DNA of 64,000 bases from Candidatus Woesearchaeota archaeon. Its GTDB lineage: Archaea; Nanobdellota; Nanobdellia; Woesearchaeales; 0-14-0-80-44-23. Positions 37,292-47,180 of this stretch are shown here, in pieces. The stretch is from contig JAVZCZ010000001.1 of NCBI GenBank assembly GCA_038874135.1, positions 192,001 through 256,000 on the forward strand, given 5' to 3'. The position numbers and the translations under genes are program-made. The number at the start of each line of letters is the position of its first letter. Within the stretch, counting starts at the first letter, position 1. Below the pieces are notes generated by a model, which saw nothing but the letters and a program-made list of their open reading frames with translations, was not told the DNA's origin and made no database searches.

Positions 37292-39523
37292 ATGTGCCCA
37301 GAGGGGGAAGGAGGAAATCTTGAAGAGGTTGTAGAAAAAGAGTTCAAACAGGTTTCAGTAAGCTCGCTCTTAGAGAGGAAAAACTGCCTGGAAGGGCTTT
37401 TAGAGGATTATGAGCCGAAATTGCCCTCTGTGAAGGAGCGGCTGGCAAAAATTTTGAAATGGCCGCTGGAAAACTACAGCATAGTTATGGGCGCGCTCCT
37501 GCCTGCCAGTGCACTTTTCCTGGCAAGCTCTGCTTGGGGAGCAGCCCCTCTAAGTTATTACGCTGCAGCACCACTTGCAACATTTGCACTGGCTTTCCTT
37601 CACCAGAGAACTGAGCATTATGAAGAGCATCCTTCAAAACCTGCTATGGTTTTCAGATGGCTTTCAAGAAATTATGCTGCTGTCGGCTTCGGGTTGGCAG
37701 CTCTTTCAATTGCAGCCTGCTATTTCAGAATGCCAGCTGTGCTGGACATGAGAACCCTTGGCGGAAGCTACTCTGCTCTGAAATCATTGTTAAAAGTGGA
37801 CCCTGAAGCAGAAGTGTTTTTTCAAGCGGGAAAAAGCCTTGTGGAAGCCAGGAATGTTGTCTTCAGTTTTGTTAAATATCTCGCTGCTGAATCCTTCTTC
37901 AGAGGAGCACTCTATTCTGCAGGCGTAAAGGTTTTCACACTGCTTAGGCCGGAGGATGCGAACTATTGGAAGATGACATTGAAGCAGGCTGTCCGCTCCT
38001 TGAAGCTCGGAGTGGGAAGCATATTTCTGGATAGTGAGAGGATTAGAAGTTTTAGAGAGGCTTCTCTGGAAGGCGTGCTGGAAAAAATTAGAGCTGGCTA
38101 CGCTTCAAGAGTAAGCTTGTGGGAGGCTGCCGATTTGCAGATGCAGTTGGGAAGGTTTGATGAAGCGCTAAGTACATACGCGCGCATCTTGGAAAATAGG
38201 CAGACTCTCTTGTTTAGGGGAAGCGGGTTCAATCCGGTTAGGAAGGTTGCAGCTGCAATTAAGTACAATAATAGTTCAAGAGGAAAGAGCATTGAGGAGT
38301 GCATTTCAAACGCATTTGGAAACTTTGTTTATGATGGAGAACTGGCATATTCGATTAGAGAATTTGAGAGGGCAATACAGCTCGCGCAGAGCTCTGGAAG
38401 AACAAAGGATTCTAAGAATTTAAAGCTTTTATACGCAATTTTTGTGAGAGAAACTACTGGAGAGGAGAAGGCATTGAGACTTGCTGAACATTGGCTCAGC
38501 AGCTTCTATTCAGATGGCGGTTTTTCTTCTATGAGAAGGATTCCAAGTTCAAGGAATGAGGTTTTTGAAGTTGTAGAGAACAGTTTTCTCAGGGATTCCA
38601 TAATAATTAAGAGAAGAAAAGGAGACGAGCCTTTTGAAGATGTTAAGAATGCAATTATAGAGCACTACCTTTCTAATTTTCTCTCCGCGACATTTTCAGA
38701 GATTCCTAGTGAGTTCAGCAGGATAGTTCCATCTTCACTCTTGATATTTTATGACTGGGAGGACAGGCTTTGTCAGGTCATGGTTAGGAGTATTGGAAGA
38801 AACTTGGAAGAGAAATTGAGAGATTCTACAAAGTCGGAGAAGGAAGAATGCTTAAAGAGGGTTCTCAGGAGTTCAGTGCTAATCCACTTTGTAGGGGAAG
38901 CTAACCTTATGAAAGACGAAAAATCTCACTTTTTAACATTCTACGAAGGAAGAAATTTCAGGATTAACATAAAAAAATTTGACTATTTAGGAATGCTTAA
39001 GAAGAGGTTTATAGGTAGAATTGGAGAAAATGCTAATCTGGAAGGGTTCATAAGAGAGATGGCTGATTATGCTAATAGCATAGGAGATATAAACGCTCTC
39101 TGCCACGGAGATGCGTACCTAACAAACTTTCTGGAAGATGGGAGCTGGATAGACCTTGAAAAGGGCACAATTGCAAATCCAATGCTGGACATAGCCGCTC
39201 TTATGGAAGTTCCAGAGCTGGAAGGTATAGACAGGAAGGAAATGCTAGAATATTATCTTACAAGATTCAGAGAAGAAAACCCTGACAGGACTGCTGAGCT
39301 GGATAAGCTTAGAAAGAGTTACACTCCATTAAGAGTTTTTAACTCGCTTTATAACAGCGGCAGGGCTTACAGTCACAATAACTTAGAACGCTCAGCATAC
39401 TTTCTAAAAAATGCTGCTTCTGCACTTGAAGAGGAAGGGCTTTACAAGATTCTTAACAAGCTTTACGATTATCTAACTTCTTCTGAAAAGGAGCCTTTCA
39501 GGAGCACTCTTAAAAGGTTATGA
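37292..39523 (+). CDS. Membrane protein with TPR-like middle and C-terminal APH/choline-kinase-like domain
   Basis: N-terminal TM segments; QLGRFDEALSTYARIL (TPR-like); CHGDAYLTNF and WIDLE kinase motifs. Confidence 0.7.
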   Translation: MCPEGEGGNLEEVVEKEFKQVSVSSLLERKNCLEGLLEDYEPKLPSVKERLAKILKWPLENYSIVMGALLPASALFLASSAWGAAPLSYYAAAPLATFALAFLHQRTEHYEEHPSKPAMVFRWLSRNYAAVGFGLAALSIAACYFRMPAVLDMRTLGGSYSALKSLLKVDPEAEVFFQAGKSLVEARNVVFSFVKYLAAESFFRGALYSAGVKVFTLLRPEDANYWKMTLKQAVRSLKLGVGSIFLDSERIRSFREASLEGVLEKIRAGYASRVSLWEAADLQMQLGRFDEALSTYARILENRQTLLFRGSGFNPVRKVAAAIKYNNSSRGKSIEECISNAFGNFVYDGELAYSIREFERAIQLAQSSGRTKDSKNLKLLYAIFVRETTGEEKALRLAEHWLSSFYSDGGFSSMRRIPSSRNEVFEVVENSFLRDSIIIKRRKGDEPFEDVKNAIIEHYLSNFLSATFSEIPSEFSRIVPSSLLIFYDWEDRLCQVMVRSIGRNLEEKLRDSTKSEKEECLKRVLRSSVLIHFVGEANLMKDEKSHFLTFYEGRNFRINIKKFDYLGMLKKRFIGRIGENANLEGFIREMADYANSIGDINALCHGDAYLTNFLEDGSWIDLEKGTIANPMLDIAALMEVPELEGIDRKEMLEYYLTRFREENPDRTAELDKLRKSYTPLRVFNSLYNSGRAYSHNNLERSAYFLKNAASALEEEGLYKILNKLYDYLTSSEKEPFRSTLKRL

Positions 39524-39524
39524 C

Positions 39525-40433
39525 TTAAACATACTGAATAGCAAGAATGGGCCCGCTGATATCAAAGACCTTTTCCAACAGAGATTTGAACATTAGGAGC
39601 AGGACCAGCTCGTCCTTATCCGCTCGTCTCATCTCTCTTCTTATGTTCTCATGAATTGAAGACGCTTTGTCTTTCAGCTCGGCAAACCTTTTTATGTCAA
39701 ATGTGTAGAACAGCTCATACAGCTCCCTAAGAAAAGAGTTTATCTGAGAAAATAGTTCCAAATGAGATTTTTTTAGTGGTAGCCTCTTCTGTATTAGATA
39801 GCTAGCTATCTGCTTATAGGAATCACCTATTCCTTCCAGCGCTTCTATAATAAAATATAGGGGACCGCTCTTTTCAAAGTTGTATGGATTCTTATTTATT
39901 GCACGCCTACAGAAGTCTGAAAGCCTGTTGATGTTGTCATCTCTAACTATGATTGATTTGAGGCCCTCTGTGTTTTTTGATGATGCGAATGTTAGGCAGT
40001 CTTCTGAAGTGGTTAGTAAGAAGAAGAAAAGCCTTCTAAGTAGTGAGTCAAATTCTGAGATGTCATCCTGAGAGATGGACTTTGCAATAAGAGTATTCTT
40101 TCCCTGCTGAACAATCTCAAATCCTATACAAGACCTAAGGAGGGCTTTCTGCACGATGTCCAGCTCTTCTGAAGAGCTGAAGCGGACTTCTATCTCGTCG
40201 TAGCCAGCTTTGTATGCTGCTGAAACCATCCGCATAGCTATCTTAGCTAAGCCCGACACATCCAATGTTTTTTTCTTATGAGCCTTTGTTCCTTCTAAAG
40301 ATATTAGGAGTCCTTCCTTTTTCTCTTCAACTTCAAGTTCAAGGCCCTTTGTTACTGAGTGCTGCTTTGCCCACTTGCTGGGTAGAGAAATAACTAATGT
40401 TTTTCCTGCCAGCTGAATTACCCTTCTTTTCAT
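39525..40433 (-). CDS. Archaeal AbrB-PhoU phosphate-uptake regulator family protein
   Basis: RRVIQLAGKTLVISLPSKWAK (AbrB), AYKAGYDEI, DDNINRLSDFCRR, LEGIGD. Confidence 0.85.
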   Translation of the reverse strand: MKRRVIQLAGKTLVISLPSKWAKQHSVTKGLELEVEEKKEGLLISLEGTKAHKKKTLDVSGLAKIAMRMVSAAYKAGYDEIEVRFSSSEELDIVQKALLRSCIGFEIVQQGKNTLIAKSISQDDISEFDSLLRRLFFFLLTTSEDCLTFASSKNTEGLKSIIVRDDNINRLSDFCRRAINKNPYNFEKSGPLYFIIEALEGIGDSYKQIASYLIQKRLPLKKSHLELFSQINSFLRELYELFYTFDIKRFAELKDKASSIHENIRREMRRADKDELVLLLMFKSLLEKVFDISGPILAIQYV

Positions 40434-40510
40434 GAAAAGCACCTATTATATAATTATATACCAATATATAAGGTATAATAAAAAATTATATATAAATTTT
40501 TTGTTAAATA

Positions 40511-41248
40511 ATGAATAAGTTCCGAGAGCATCGGAATGGACTATTTGGAGGTGCAGGCGGGATGGTGAGCCAATCTGAAATTGAGGATATCCTGATAAAT
40601 GCGAAATACTGTCAGGGACTTCTTAAGGAAGCGGTTCCAGATTTTAAGTATGTGAGCTACGCAAAGAATTCCTACACGCGAGGAGAATGCAAAGATGAAA
40701 GCATAGAGCGCATAAGGTCATTTAAAGAAGATGAGAATTGCAAAAAGTTAGATGAAAGAACAGCCTACTCAGAACTGTGCAGGAGGATTGCAGTTTCTAA
40801 AGCTGAAGGAAAAATAAACTGGACTAGCGAGGTTAGCCTAGATGAGATTATTTACTCACTTGAAGAGATGAGAGACATTGCACACTTCTATGCAGAAAAT
40901 AAGGAATACCGCATAAGTGCTGCGGAAACTGCAGAAAAGGAAATTGTGAAGCTGATAAAAAAGTGCAGGAAACACAGAAGAATACTTGCAAGGAGTAAGT
41001 ATTGCGGGCCTCTCAGTGTAGAAGCCCTTGCTGCTGACATATTTGAGGGAAGAATAATCTACGAAGAAAGAAGTGAAGATGAGTATAGAAGCTGGTTACG
41101 CAAGATTTGTTTAATTCCTAAAAATGAAGATGATATGAGAAAGCTAATGGAGAGAACTTCTGATATGTGGAACTATGCGTGCCATAAGAAATCGTTTGGC
41201 AACATCTTTGAGAAAATATTCTACTCAATACTTTATCCTAGAATTTAG
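40511..41248 (+). CDS. Hypothetical protein
   Basis: 245-aa ORF, no recognised motif. Confidence 0.55.
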   Translation: MNKFREHRNGLFGGAGGMVSQSEIEDILINAKYCQGLLKEAVPDFKYVSYAKNSYTRGECKDESIERIRSFKEDENCKKLDERTAYSELCRRIAVSKAEGKINWTSEVSLDEIIYSLEEMRDIAHFYAENKEYRISAAETAEKEIVKLIKKCRKHRRILARSKYCGPLSVEALAADIFEGRIIYEERSEDEYRSWLRKICLIPKNEDDMRKLMERTSDMWNYACHKKSFGNIFEKIFYSILYPRI

Positions 41249-41260
41249 GAGGTGAAAGAA

Positions 41261-41737
41261 ATGGTACCTAAGAAGGACTTGCTTATAATCGCCGAGCTTA
41301 GAAAGAATGCGCGGGAGTCACTAACTGATATGAGCAGGAAGATAAGAATTCCAATATCCACTATTTACGACCGGCTGAAACTTAATGAGGGCTCGCTCAT
41401 AAAGAAGCACACCACGCTCATAGATTTCTCAAAGCTTGGATTTTACACGCGGGCGAACATCCTAATCAAGGTTGAACATGACAGCAAGGAAAGCTTAAAG
41501 GAGTTCCTGCTTCGCCATCACAGGATTAACTCAGTGTTTCAGATAAATAACGGATACGATTTTCTAGCAGAAGGGATATTTAAGCACATAAAGGAGTTGG
41601 AAGATTTCTGCGAGGATATGGAATCAAAATTTAGAATTCAAAAGAAGGATATATACTACATAATAGAAGAAATTAAAAGAGAATCCTTCCTCGCAGATGC
41701 GCAGATAGTAGAGCTCATCCAGAAGGATATAAGTTAA
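41261..41737 (+). CDS. Lrp/AsnC family transcriptional regulator
   Basis: ELRKNARESLTDMSRKIRIPISTIYDRL, IDFSKLG, NGYDFL. Confidence 0.92.
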   Translation: MVPKKDLLIIAELRKNARESLTDMSRKIRIPISTIYDRLKLNEGSLIKKHTTLIDFSKLGFYTRANILIKVEHDSKESLKEFLLRHHRINSVFQINNGYDFLAEGIFKHIKELEDFCEDMESKFRIQKKDIYYIIEEIKRESFLADAQIVELIQKDIS

Positions 41738-41740
41738 AAA

Positions 41741-42352
41741 TTAATTCTGAACAAATAGGTAATGCTTTTCATTCCCTGCCAGCTCTGTTATTATTCTCTT
41801 CACAATTAGCTTTACAGGGTCTGGCATTAGTGGAATTCTCTTCTTAAGGTCATCAAAGCTCTTGAATGGCTCAGTCTCTCTTGCTTCTACTATTTCCCAC
41901 ATCTTCTTCTTTCCCAGACCTGAGAGGAGCTCCAGCTTGTGCATCCTCGTTGTCAGAGGGCCTGCTGTGTTGAAGAATTCTACGAATTTCTGCTCGTTGT
42001 TTTTTACATACTCTGCAAGTATGAATTCCAGCTCTTTCAGGGCTGTCTGGGTGAGGTTTTCCAGTTTTAATCTTGCTGAGATGTGGTGTATCTTGTCTCT
42101 TTTTCCCTCTCCAATATAGACCTCCTCGTGCGGCTGCAGGAATACCTCTTTTCTTGGCACGAGTTCTAGAAGTGCTAGAGTGTTCTTGCCTATTGCTTGG
42201 GCTATTGGAGTTTTTTTGAACATGGGGCGTGAGTCAAACGGGTAGCCGTTTGGCAGGAAGTCAAGTATTACTGCGTATTCCTCCTGCTTCTTCTGCGCCT
42301 GCTGCTGGCGCTGCGTTGTTCCCCTTTCATTTTCACTTAACATCGGCTCCAC
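41741..42352 (-). CDS. DUF655 putative RNA-binding protein
   Basis: LDFLPNG, FFNTAGPLTTRMHKLELLSGLGKK; L21e-RpoF-DUF655 context. Confidence 0.92.
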   Translation of the reverse strand: MEPMLSENERGTTQRQQQAQKKQEEYAVILDFLPNGYPFDSRPMFKKTPIAQAIGKNTLALLELVPRKEVFLQPHEEVYIGEGKRDKIHHISARLKLENLTQTALKELEFILAEYVKNNEQKFVEFFNTAGPLTTRMHKLELLSGLGKKKMWEIVEARETEPFKSFDDLKKRIPLMPDPVKLIVKRIITELAGNEKHYLFVQN

Positions 42353-42414
42353 CCCTGTAATGCTCTTTGATTATGAGATTTCTTTTTATAAATTTTTTGA
42401 GAATTTAAGTAAGG

Positions 42415-42774
42415 TTATGCCCTGTGCTCCTGCACAAGTTCCAGTATCCTTTTTAGGTTCTTCTCAACTATAGTGATTGGATAAGCGTCAAGAACTGCTT
42501 TTAACTCTTCCATGTTTTCAGGCATTATGTCTATTATCTTACAGATTTGAGCGTCCTTCAATCTTGGTATTTCCAGTTCTTCTATCTTCTTTTTCAGCTC
42601 CTCAGGCTTCTTGCACATCCTATGGCTGAAAGAGTTGAGATAGTCCTCAAGCTGAGTTACTCTGAAGTTTGGTTCCGAGCCAGCCTTTTCATCTCTCTTT
42701 CTTATTGATTCAATTTCCTTTTTTAGTTCAGCCATAGTTATTGGCTTTTCTTCTATTATCTTGGCATCAACCAT
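42415..42774 (-). CDS. rpoF: RNA polymerase subunit F (Rpo4)
   Basis: EEKPITMAEL, KIIDIMPENMEELKAVL; context. Confidence 0.88.
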   Translation of the reverse strand: MVDAKIIEEKPITMAELKKEIESIRKRDEKAGSEPNFRVTQLEDYLNSFSHRMCKKPEELKKKIEELEIPRLKDAQICKIIDIMPENMEELKAVLDAYPITIVEKNLKRILELVQEHRA

Positions 42775-42786
42775 CTTTTATCACGC

Positions 42787-43083
42787 TTACTGCTTAACTG
42801 ATTTTAAGTGTATGGGGTGCACTATTAGGAGCTTCTCCTTCTTTCCATCAACAATTTTTACTTCGTAGCATTTACCCCTCTTCCCAACGATCGTGCCGTG
42901 CTTGCCAGTGTAGTTGAAAAAGAAGCATCCGTCCTGATATGCTGAGTTGGGCTTGAGTATCACCTTATCGCCAGTGTTGAAAGTTTTGAATATTTCTGAA
43001 ACTGAAAGCTTACCCTTCTCTCTAAGTTCTCTTCTGAGCTTACGCCTCGTCTTTCTGCGCACTCCCCCGATTCTCATAGCCAT
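42787..43083 (-). CDS. rpl21e: 50S ribosomal protein L21e
   Basis: RRKTRRKL, GKRGKCYEV, IVHPIHLK. Confidence 0.95.
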   Translation of the reverse strand: MAMRIGGVRRKTRRKLRRELREKGKLSVSEIFKTFNTGDKVILKPNSAYQDGCFFFNYTGKHGTIVGKRGKCYEVKIVDGKKEKLLIVHPIHLKSVKQ

Positions 43084-43246
43084 CTCTTTTCACCATCCTT
43101 AAAAATCTGAACAAAAAGGATAAGCCAATTATTTAAAAAGATTTTGTTTTTTAGGGTATTTATTTAGCTCTGAGAACATGTTTAGAATAAAATTTATAAA
43201 GCACCGTGGTTTCTTAACTCAAAAGTGTTATGAAGGTGATATTAGA

Positions 43247-43396
43247 ATGACAAATGGAAGATGCATGAAGTGCAAGAAAGAAGTTGAGATAAAGGATGCA
43301 AAAACGATTGTTATGAAGAATGGTATGGAAGCAGTTCAAGGGGTCTGCCCAAATTGCGGGACCAAAGTTTTCAGGATTCTTGGAAAGAAAAAGTGA
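43247..43396 (+). CDS. DUF5679-like small Zn-binding protein
   Basis: CMKCK..MKNG..GVCPNCGTKVFRILG; GGTGA RBS. Confidence 0.85.
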   Translation: MTNGRCMKCKKEVEIKDAKTIVMKNGMEAVQGVCPNCGTKVFRILGKKK

Positions 43397-43493
43397 GCAT
43401 GATTGAATTTCTCACAAGATAATAAGATGTTTATTTTTATTTTTTAATTAAATCACAAATTTTAAAAATTAAAAGCCAATTCCAGAAGCAAAC

Positions 43494-43568
43494 GCCCCGG
43501 TAGTGTAGTCCGGCCAATCATCCAGCCCTCTCACGGCTGGGACACGGGTTCAAATCCCGTCCGGGGCA
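43494..43568 (+). tRNA. tRNA-Glu(CTC)
   Basis: Near-identical to 31796-31870; anticodon loop CTCTCAC. Confidence 0.95.
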
Positions 43569-43668
43569 TATTCTGAATTCTAATTGCTTATTAGAAGTTA
43601 TTTAGATTTAGCAAAAATCTTTTAAATACTTTTAGAACTCTCTTTTATTTAAGAACGAAGATGATAAA

Positions 43669-45045
43669 ATGGAAAATGGGGAGCAAGCGTTAGAAGATGT
43701 TAGGAGTGAAAATCGTTTTCTTAGAAAGCGAGTGAACCCTTTCAAGTTTCTTATACTCAGCTTCGCGTCCATAATCCTTATAGGCACTTTCCTTCTAATG
43801 CTTCCAATATCATCTGCCAGTGGAAGAGCCACTTCGCTTGTAGATGCTCTTTTTACTGCTACTTCGGCAACATGTGTTACAGGCTTAGTTGTGAAAGATA
43901 CGGGAACTTATTTTTCAACCTTCGGGCAGATTGTCATCCTATTGCTAATTCAGATTGGCGGCCTAGGATATATGACCACGATGACCCTGCTTGCGATACT
44001 TCTGAAAAAGCATATTCCAATAACTCAGAGGATAATATTTCAGGAGAACATGGGCTATCCAACCCTATCGCAGATAATCGTTTTTGCTAAACATGTTTTT
44101 GCTGCAGTGATAGTTTTTGAGTTTACTGGCGCCTTAGTTCTGTTTTTAAGGTGGAGATACCTTGGGATTGCAAAGGCATTGAAGTACGCTGTTTTCCACT
44201 CAGTATCAGCATTTAACAATGCTGGCTTTGATGTCCTTGGCAATTTTAAGAGTCTTACTGAGTATGTGGCTGACCCTGTTGTAAACATTACAATCAGCGT
44301 TTTAATAGTGAGCGGCGGGCTGGGATTTTTAGTGCTATCCAACATTTATAACTTCATATTTTATAAGAAGAAGTTGAGTCTGCACTCAAAGATAGTGCTC
44401 TGGGCAACTCTTATTCTAATTGTGAGTGGGGCTCTGCTGATATTTGCAGTTGAGAATAATAATCCCGAAACTATTGGAGGGCTCTCACCTGCTGGAAAGT
44501 TTTTTGCGTCAATCTTTCAATCCGTAACTGCGAGGACCGCTGGGTTTAATACTATATCAATAAGCAAGATGACTTCCGCAGGGCTTATGGTACTAATTGC
44601 CTTAATGTTTATAGGTGCTTCTCCTGGAGGAACTGGTGGCGGAGTTAAAACAGTTACCTTTGTTGTTGCCATGTCAGCCATATTCTCTTACATTCAATGC
44701 AAGAACAGGGCTGAGATACACAACAGAAGCATATCCAGTGAGGCTGTTAATAGAGCATTTACAATAATAATTCTTTCAATAATGTTTATTTATATCAACA
44801 CGATTCTGCTATGCCATATTAACAAGTTTTCTCTTATTCAGAACCTTTTTGAAGTAACTTCTGCATTCGGAACAGTAGGCCTCTCAACAGGAATAACTTC
44901 AGCCCTAGATTCTAGTTCAAAGCTGGTTTTAATTTTAGTAATGTTTATAGGGAGGGTCGGAATTCTTTCACCTCTGATGTTCCTGAAGTATTATCATGAT
45001 GCCTGCAGGGTAAACCTGCCTGAGGAGGACATTTCGGTAGGGTGA
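43669..45045 (+). CDS. ktrB: K+ uptake membrane subunit (KtrB/TrkH family)
   Basis: FTATSATCVTGL, FHSVSAFNNAGF, RTAGF, GTGGGVK, SAFGTVGLS. Confidence 0.93.
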   Translation: MENGEQALEDVRSENRFLRKRVNPFKFLILSFASIILIGTFLLMLPISSASGRATSLVDALFTATSATCVTGLVVKDTGTYFSTFGQIVILLLIQIGGLGYMTTMTLLAILLKKHIPITQRIIFQENMGYPTLSQIIVFAKHVFAAVIVFEFTGALVLFLRWRYLGIAKALKYAVFHSVSAFNNAGFDVLGNFKSLTEYVADPVVNITISVLIVSGGLGFLVLSNIYNFIFYKKKLSLHSKIVLWATLILIVSGALLIFAVENNNPETIGGLSPAGKFFASIFQSVTARTAGFNTISISKMTSAGLMVLIALMFIGASPGGTGGGVKTVTFVVAMSAIFSYIQCKNRAEIHNRSISSEAVNRAFTIIILSIMFIYINTILLCHINKFSLIQNLFEVTSAFGTVGLSTGITSALDSSSKLVLILVMFIGRVGILSPLMFLKYYHDACRVNLPEEDISVG

Positions 45046-45049
45046 TATT

Positions 45050-45706
45050 ATGAAAAGGCAGATTGCAGTTATAGGAATGGGAAGGTTTGGAAGCACAGTT
45101 GCAAAGACGCTCTCCCAGCTTGGAGAAAATGTTATTGCAATTGATGAGGACGAAAAGAAGATAAATGCAATAAAGGACTTCGTGGCGTATGCAAAGCAGG
45201 CAAACGCTACAGACATAGTGGCTTTGAGGCAGGCTGGGGTTGCAAACTGCGAAACCGCTGTTGTAGCAACTGGAGACGCTTCATCAATAATAATAACGAT
45301 GGCGCTTTTGGAGCTTGGAGTTAAGAATGTGATAGCCAAGGCGAGTGATGAGATAATGGGCGCCGCTCTTAAGAAGGTTGGCGCATCAAGAGTTATTTAT
45401 CCTGAGATTGATTCAGCAGTTAGATTAGCAAATCAGCTCATATCCTCTGACATTCTTGAATTTATAGAGATATCTCCTGAATACAGCGTGCAGGAGATAA
45501 TTGCTCCAAGACAGTTTGTTAATTGGAACATAGGTGAAATGGAGTTTAGGAAGAAGTACGATGTTACAATAATAGGTATAAAGAGAAAGAATAAGATAAT
45601 AGTAGTGCCTGCTAGCAATGAGGTAATTGAAAAAGATGATGTTCTTGTTCTGCTCGGAAAAACTGAGAGCATAAAGCGGCTCATTAATGATATGAATGGA
45701 AAGTAG
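45050..45706 (+). CDS. ktrA: K+ uptake regulatory subunit (KtrA/TrkA family)
   Basis: VIGMGRFGS RCK_N domain plus RCK_C. Confidence 0.93.
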   Translation: MKRQIAVIGMGRFGSTVAKTLSQLGENVIAIDEDEKKINAIKDFVAYAKQANATDIVALRQAGVANCETAVVATGDASSIIITMALLELGVKNVIAKASDEIMGAALKKVGASRVIYPEIDSAVRLANQLISSDILEFIEISPEYSVQEIIAPRQFVNWNIGEMEFRKKYDVTIIGIKRKNKIIVVPASNEVIEKDDVLVLLGKTESIKRLINDMNGK

Positions 45707-45709
45707 AAA

Positions 45710-45793
45710 CGCCGCGACCCGGATTTGAACCGGGAAGCCCTTTCGGGCACCAGCTCTCAAGGCTGGCGCAATACCAGGTTATGCGACCGCGGC
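45710..45793 (-). tRNA. tRNA-Ser(TGA)
   Basis: Long variable arm GCCCGAAAGGGC; CCAGC-CTTGAGA-GCTGG; G73. Confidence 0.95.
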
Positions 45794-45803
45794 AGGAAAA
45801 AAG

Positions 45804-45926
45804 TGCCGCTGGCGGGATATGAACCCGCGACCTCTACGTTTCCTGGTTTGAGTTATATCATCGGCATCCTGCCTCATCGCTCAAACATATGAGCGTAGCG
45901 CTCTAACCAGGCTGAGCTACAGCGGC
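45804..45926 (-). tRNA. tRNA-Met(CAT), elongator type, 48-nt intron at 37/38 (45840-45887)
   Basis: GCCGCTG acceptor stem; CTACG-CTCATA^intron^A-CGTAG; relaxed BHB. Confidence 0.88.
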
Positions 45927-45973
45927 GCTGCTGAAAAGTTAATGCGCCTCTTTTAAAAATCTTTTCTTTTGAA

Positions 45974-46384
45974 TTAGAAGGATTTTCTTATTGCCTCTGC
46001 AACTTTCTTCATCTCTCCGTCATGGTAGGTATATTTTGAAGCGAATAATTTGAAGTTATCCCCACTCTTTCTCGGAATTATGTGAAAGTGTATGTGATTT
46101 ATGACTTGGCCTGCGGCTGCTCCGTTGTTCTGAACTATGTTAGCTCCTTCCGCTCCTGTTCCCTTAATAACTGCGGCGGTTACCTTCTTGATAACAAATG
46201 CCAGCTTTGACAGTTCGCTTTCTGGTATGTCTAAGATGCTTGTATAATGCTTTTTTGGGATTACTAAGGTGTGCCCCTTAGCAACAGGATTTATGTCCAG
46301 AAATGCGAAGCAGTGTTCATCTTCGTAAACTTTTTCAGATTTTACAGATGAATTTGCTATATTGCAGAATATGCACTCTTCCAT
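45974..46384 (-). CDS. HIT family nucleotide hydrolase
   Basis: CIFC, AFLDINP..GHTLVIPKKH, HIHFHIIPR. Confidence 0.95.
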   Translation of the reverse strand: MEECIFCNIANSSVKSEKVYEDEHCFAFLDINPVAKGHTLVIPKKHYTSILDIPESELSKLAFVIKKVTAAVIKGTGAEGANIVQNNGAAAGQVINHIHFHIIPRKSGDNFKLFASKYTYHDGEMKKVAEAIRKSF

Positions 46385-46389
46385 TTTTC

Positions 46390-47031
46390 TCACCGGATTA
46401 TTTTTTGGATGTCTTCAAGAGAGGTTATTCTATCCTTTACATCTTGTCTTCTGTTCTTTCTGTCAATTAGAACTGCCCTTGCTCCAGCCTTCTGTGCTGG
46501 AAGTATGTCGCTTTCTATGCTGTCCCCTACCATGAGAATTTCTTCTTTTGGAATTCCGAGCTGTTCTGCTGCTTTTTCTAGAAGTAGGCCGTCGGTTTTC
46601 AGAGCGCCCTCTTTATAGGATAAGAGTATCAGGTCAAAGTATTTTTCTAGATTGAACTTTTTAAGCACCTGTTCTATTGAGAACTTGTCTGAATTTGAGA
46701 TTAGAACGAGCCTGTATTGTTGTTTTAATTCTTGAAGAACTTTCTCGGTTTCAGGATACATTTTTGCCATAAGCCAGTTTTTGTTCCAGAGGCCTATGAG
46801 CAGGTTGAGCTGGTACTCGTTAGGCTTTATTCCAAATTCTTTGGCGACATTTTCAAATGCTTCTTTTAATGTTGGAAAATCTTTAGTCATCATCGCCTTT
46901 TCAAATCTCAGCACATATTCTGAGAAGGGAATGTCATAAAGTCTGAGTATGTTCTTTATCTGTCTTATCGGCGAGTATGTTCCATTCTCAACGAGCGTTC
47001 CCCAAAAGTCAAAAGCTATTGCCTTAACCAT
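46390..47031 (-). CDS. HAD-superfamily hydrolase
   Basis: FDFWGTL, ISN, MVGDSIESD. Confidence 0.9.
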   Translation of the reverse strand: MVKAIAFDFWGTLVENGTYSPIRQIKNILRLYDIPFSEYVLRFEKAMMTKDFPTLKEAFENVAKEFGIKPNEYQLNLLIGLWNKNWLMAKMYPETEKVLQELKQQYRLVLISNSDKFSIEQVLKKFNLEKYFDLILLSYKEGALKTDGLLLEKAAEQLGIPKEEILMVGDSIESDILPAQKAGARAVLIDRKNRRQDVKDRITSLEDIQKIIR

Positions 47032-47093
47032 TTGCCACCCCTTTTTTGTTGTATTTTCAGATGCCTATTTAAATTTTAGGTTTTGCTAAGAAG

Positions 47094-47167
47094 TGGACCG
47101 GCCGGGATTTGAACCCGGAGCCTCACCCACGCCAAGGGCGCATTATACCAGGTTTAACTACCGGCCC
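47094..47167 (-). tRNA. tRNA-Ala(GGC)
   Basis: GGGCCGG/CCGGTCC with G3:U70; anticodon loop TTGGCGT. Confidence 0.94.
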
Positions 47168-47180
47168 ATAAAAAGGGAAG

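Noticed and set aside
31796-43568. Near-identical tRNA-Glu copies (and the tRNA-Ser pair) as attL/attR of integrated elements
   Set aside because: All are full-length isoacceptors with different anticodons and enclose core genes.
45804-45926. CAT tRNA as Ile2 or initiator
   Set aside because: The GCCGCTG acceptor stem fits elongator Met; it lacks initiator A1:U72 and the three G:C anticodon-stem pairs, and a separate Ile(TAT) gene is present.
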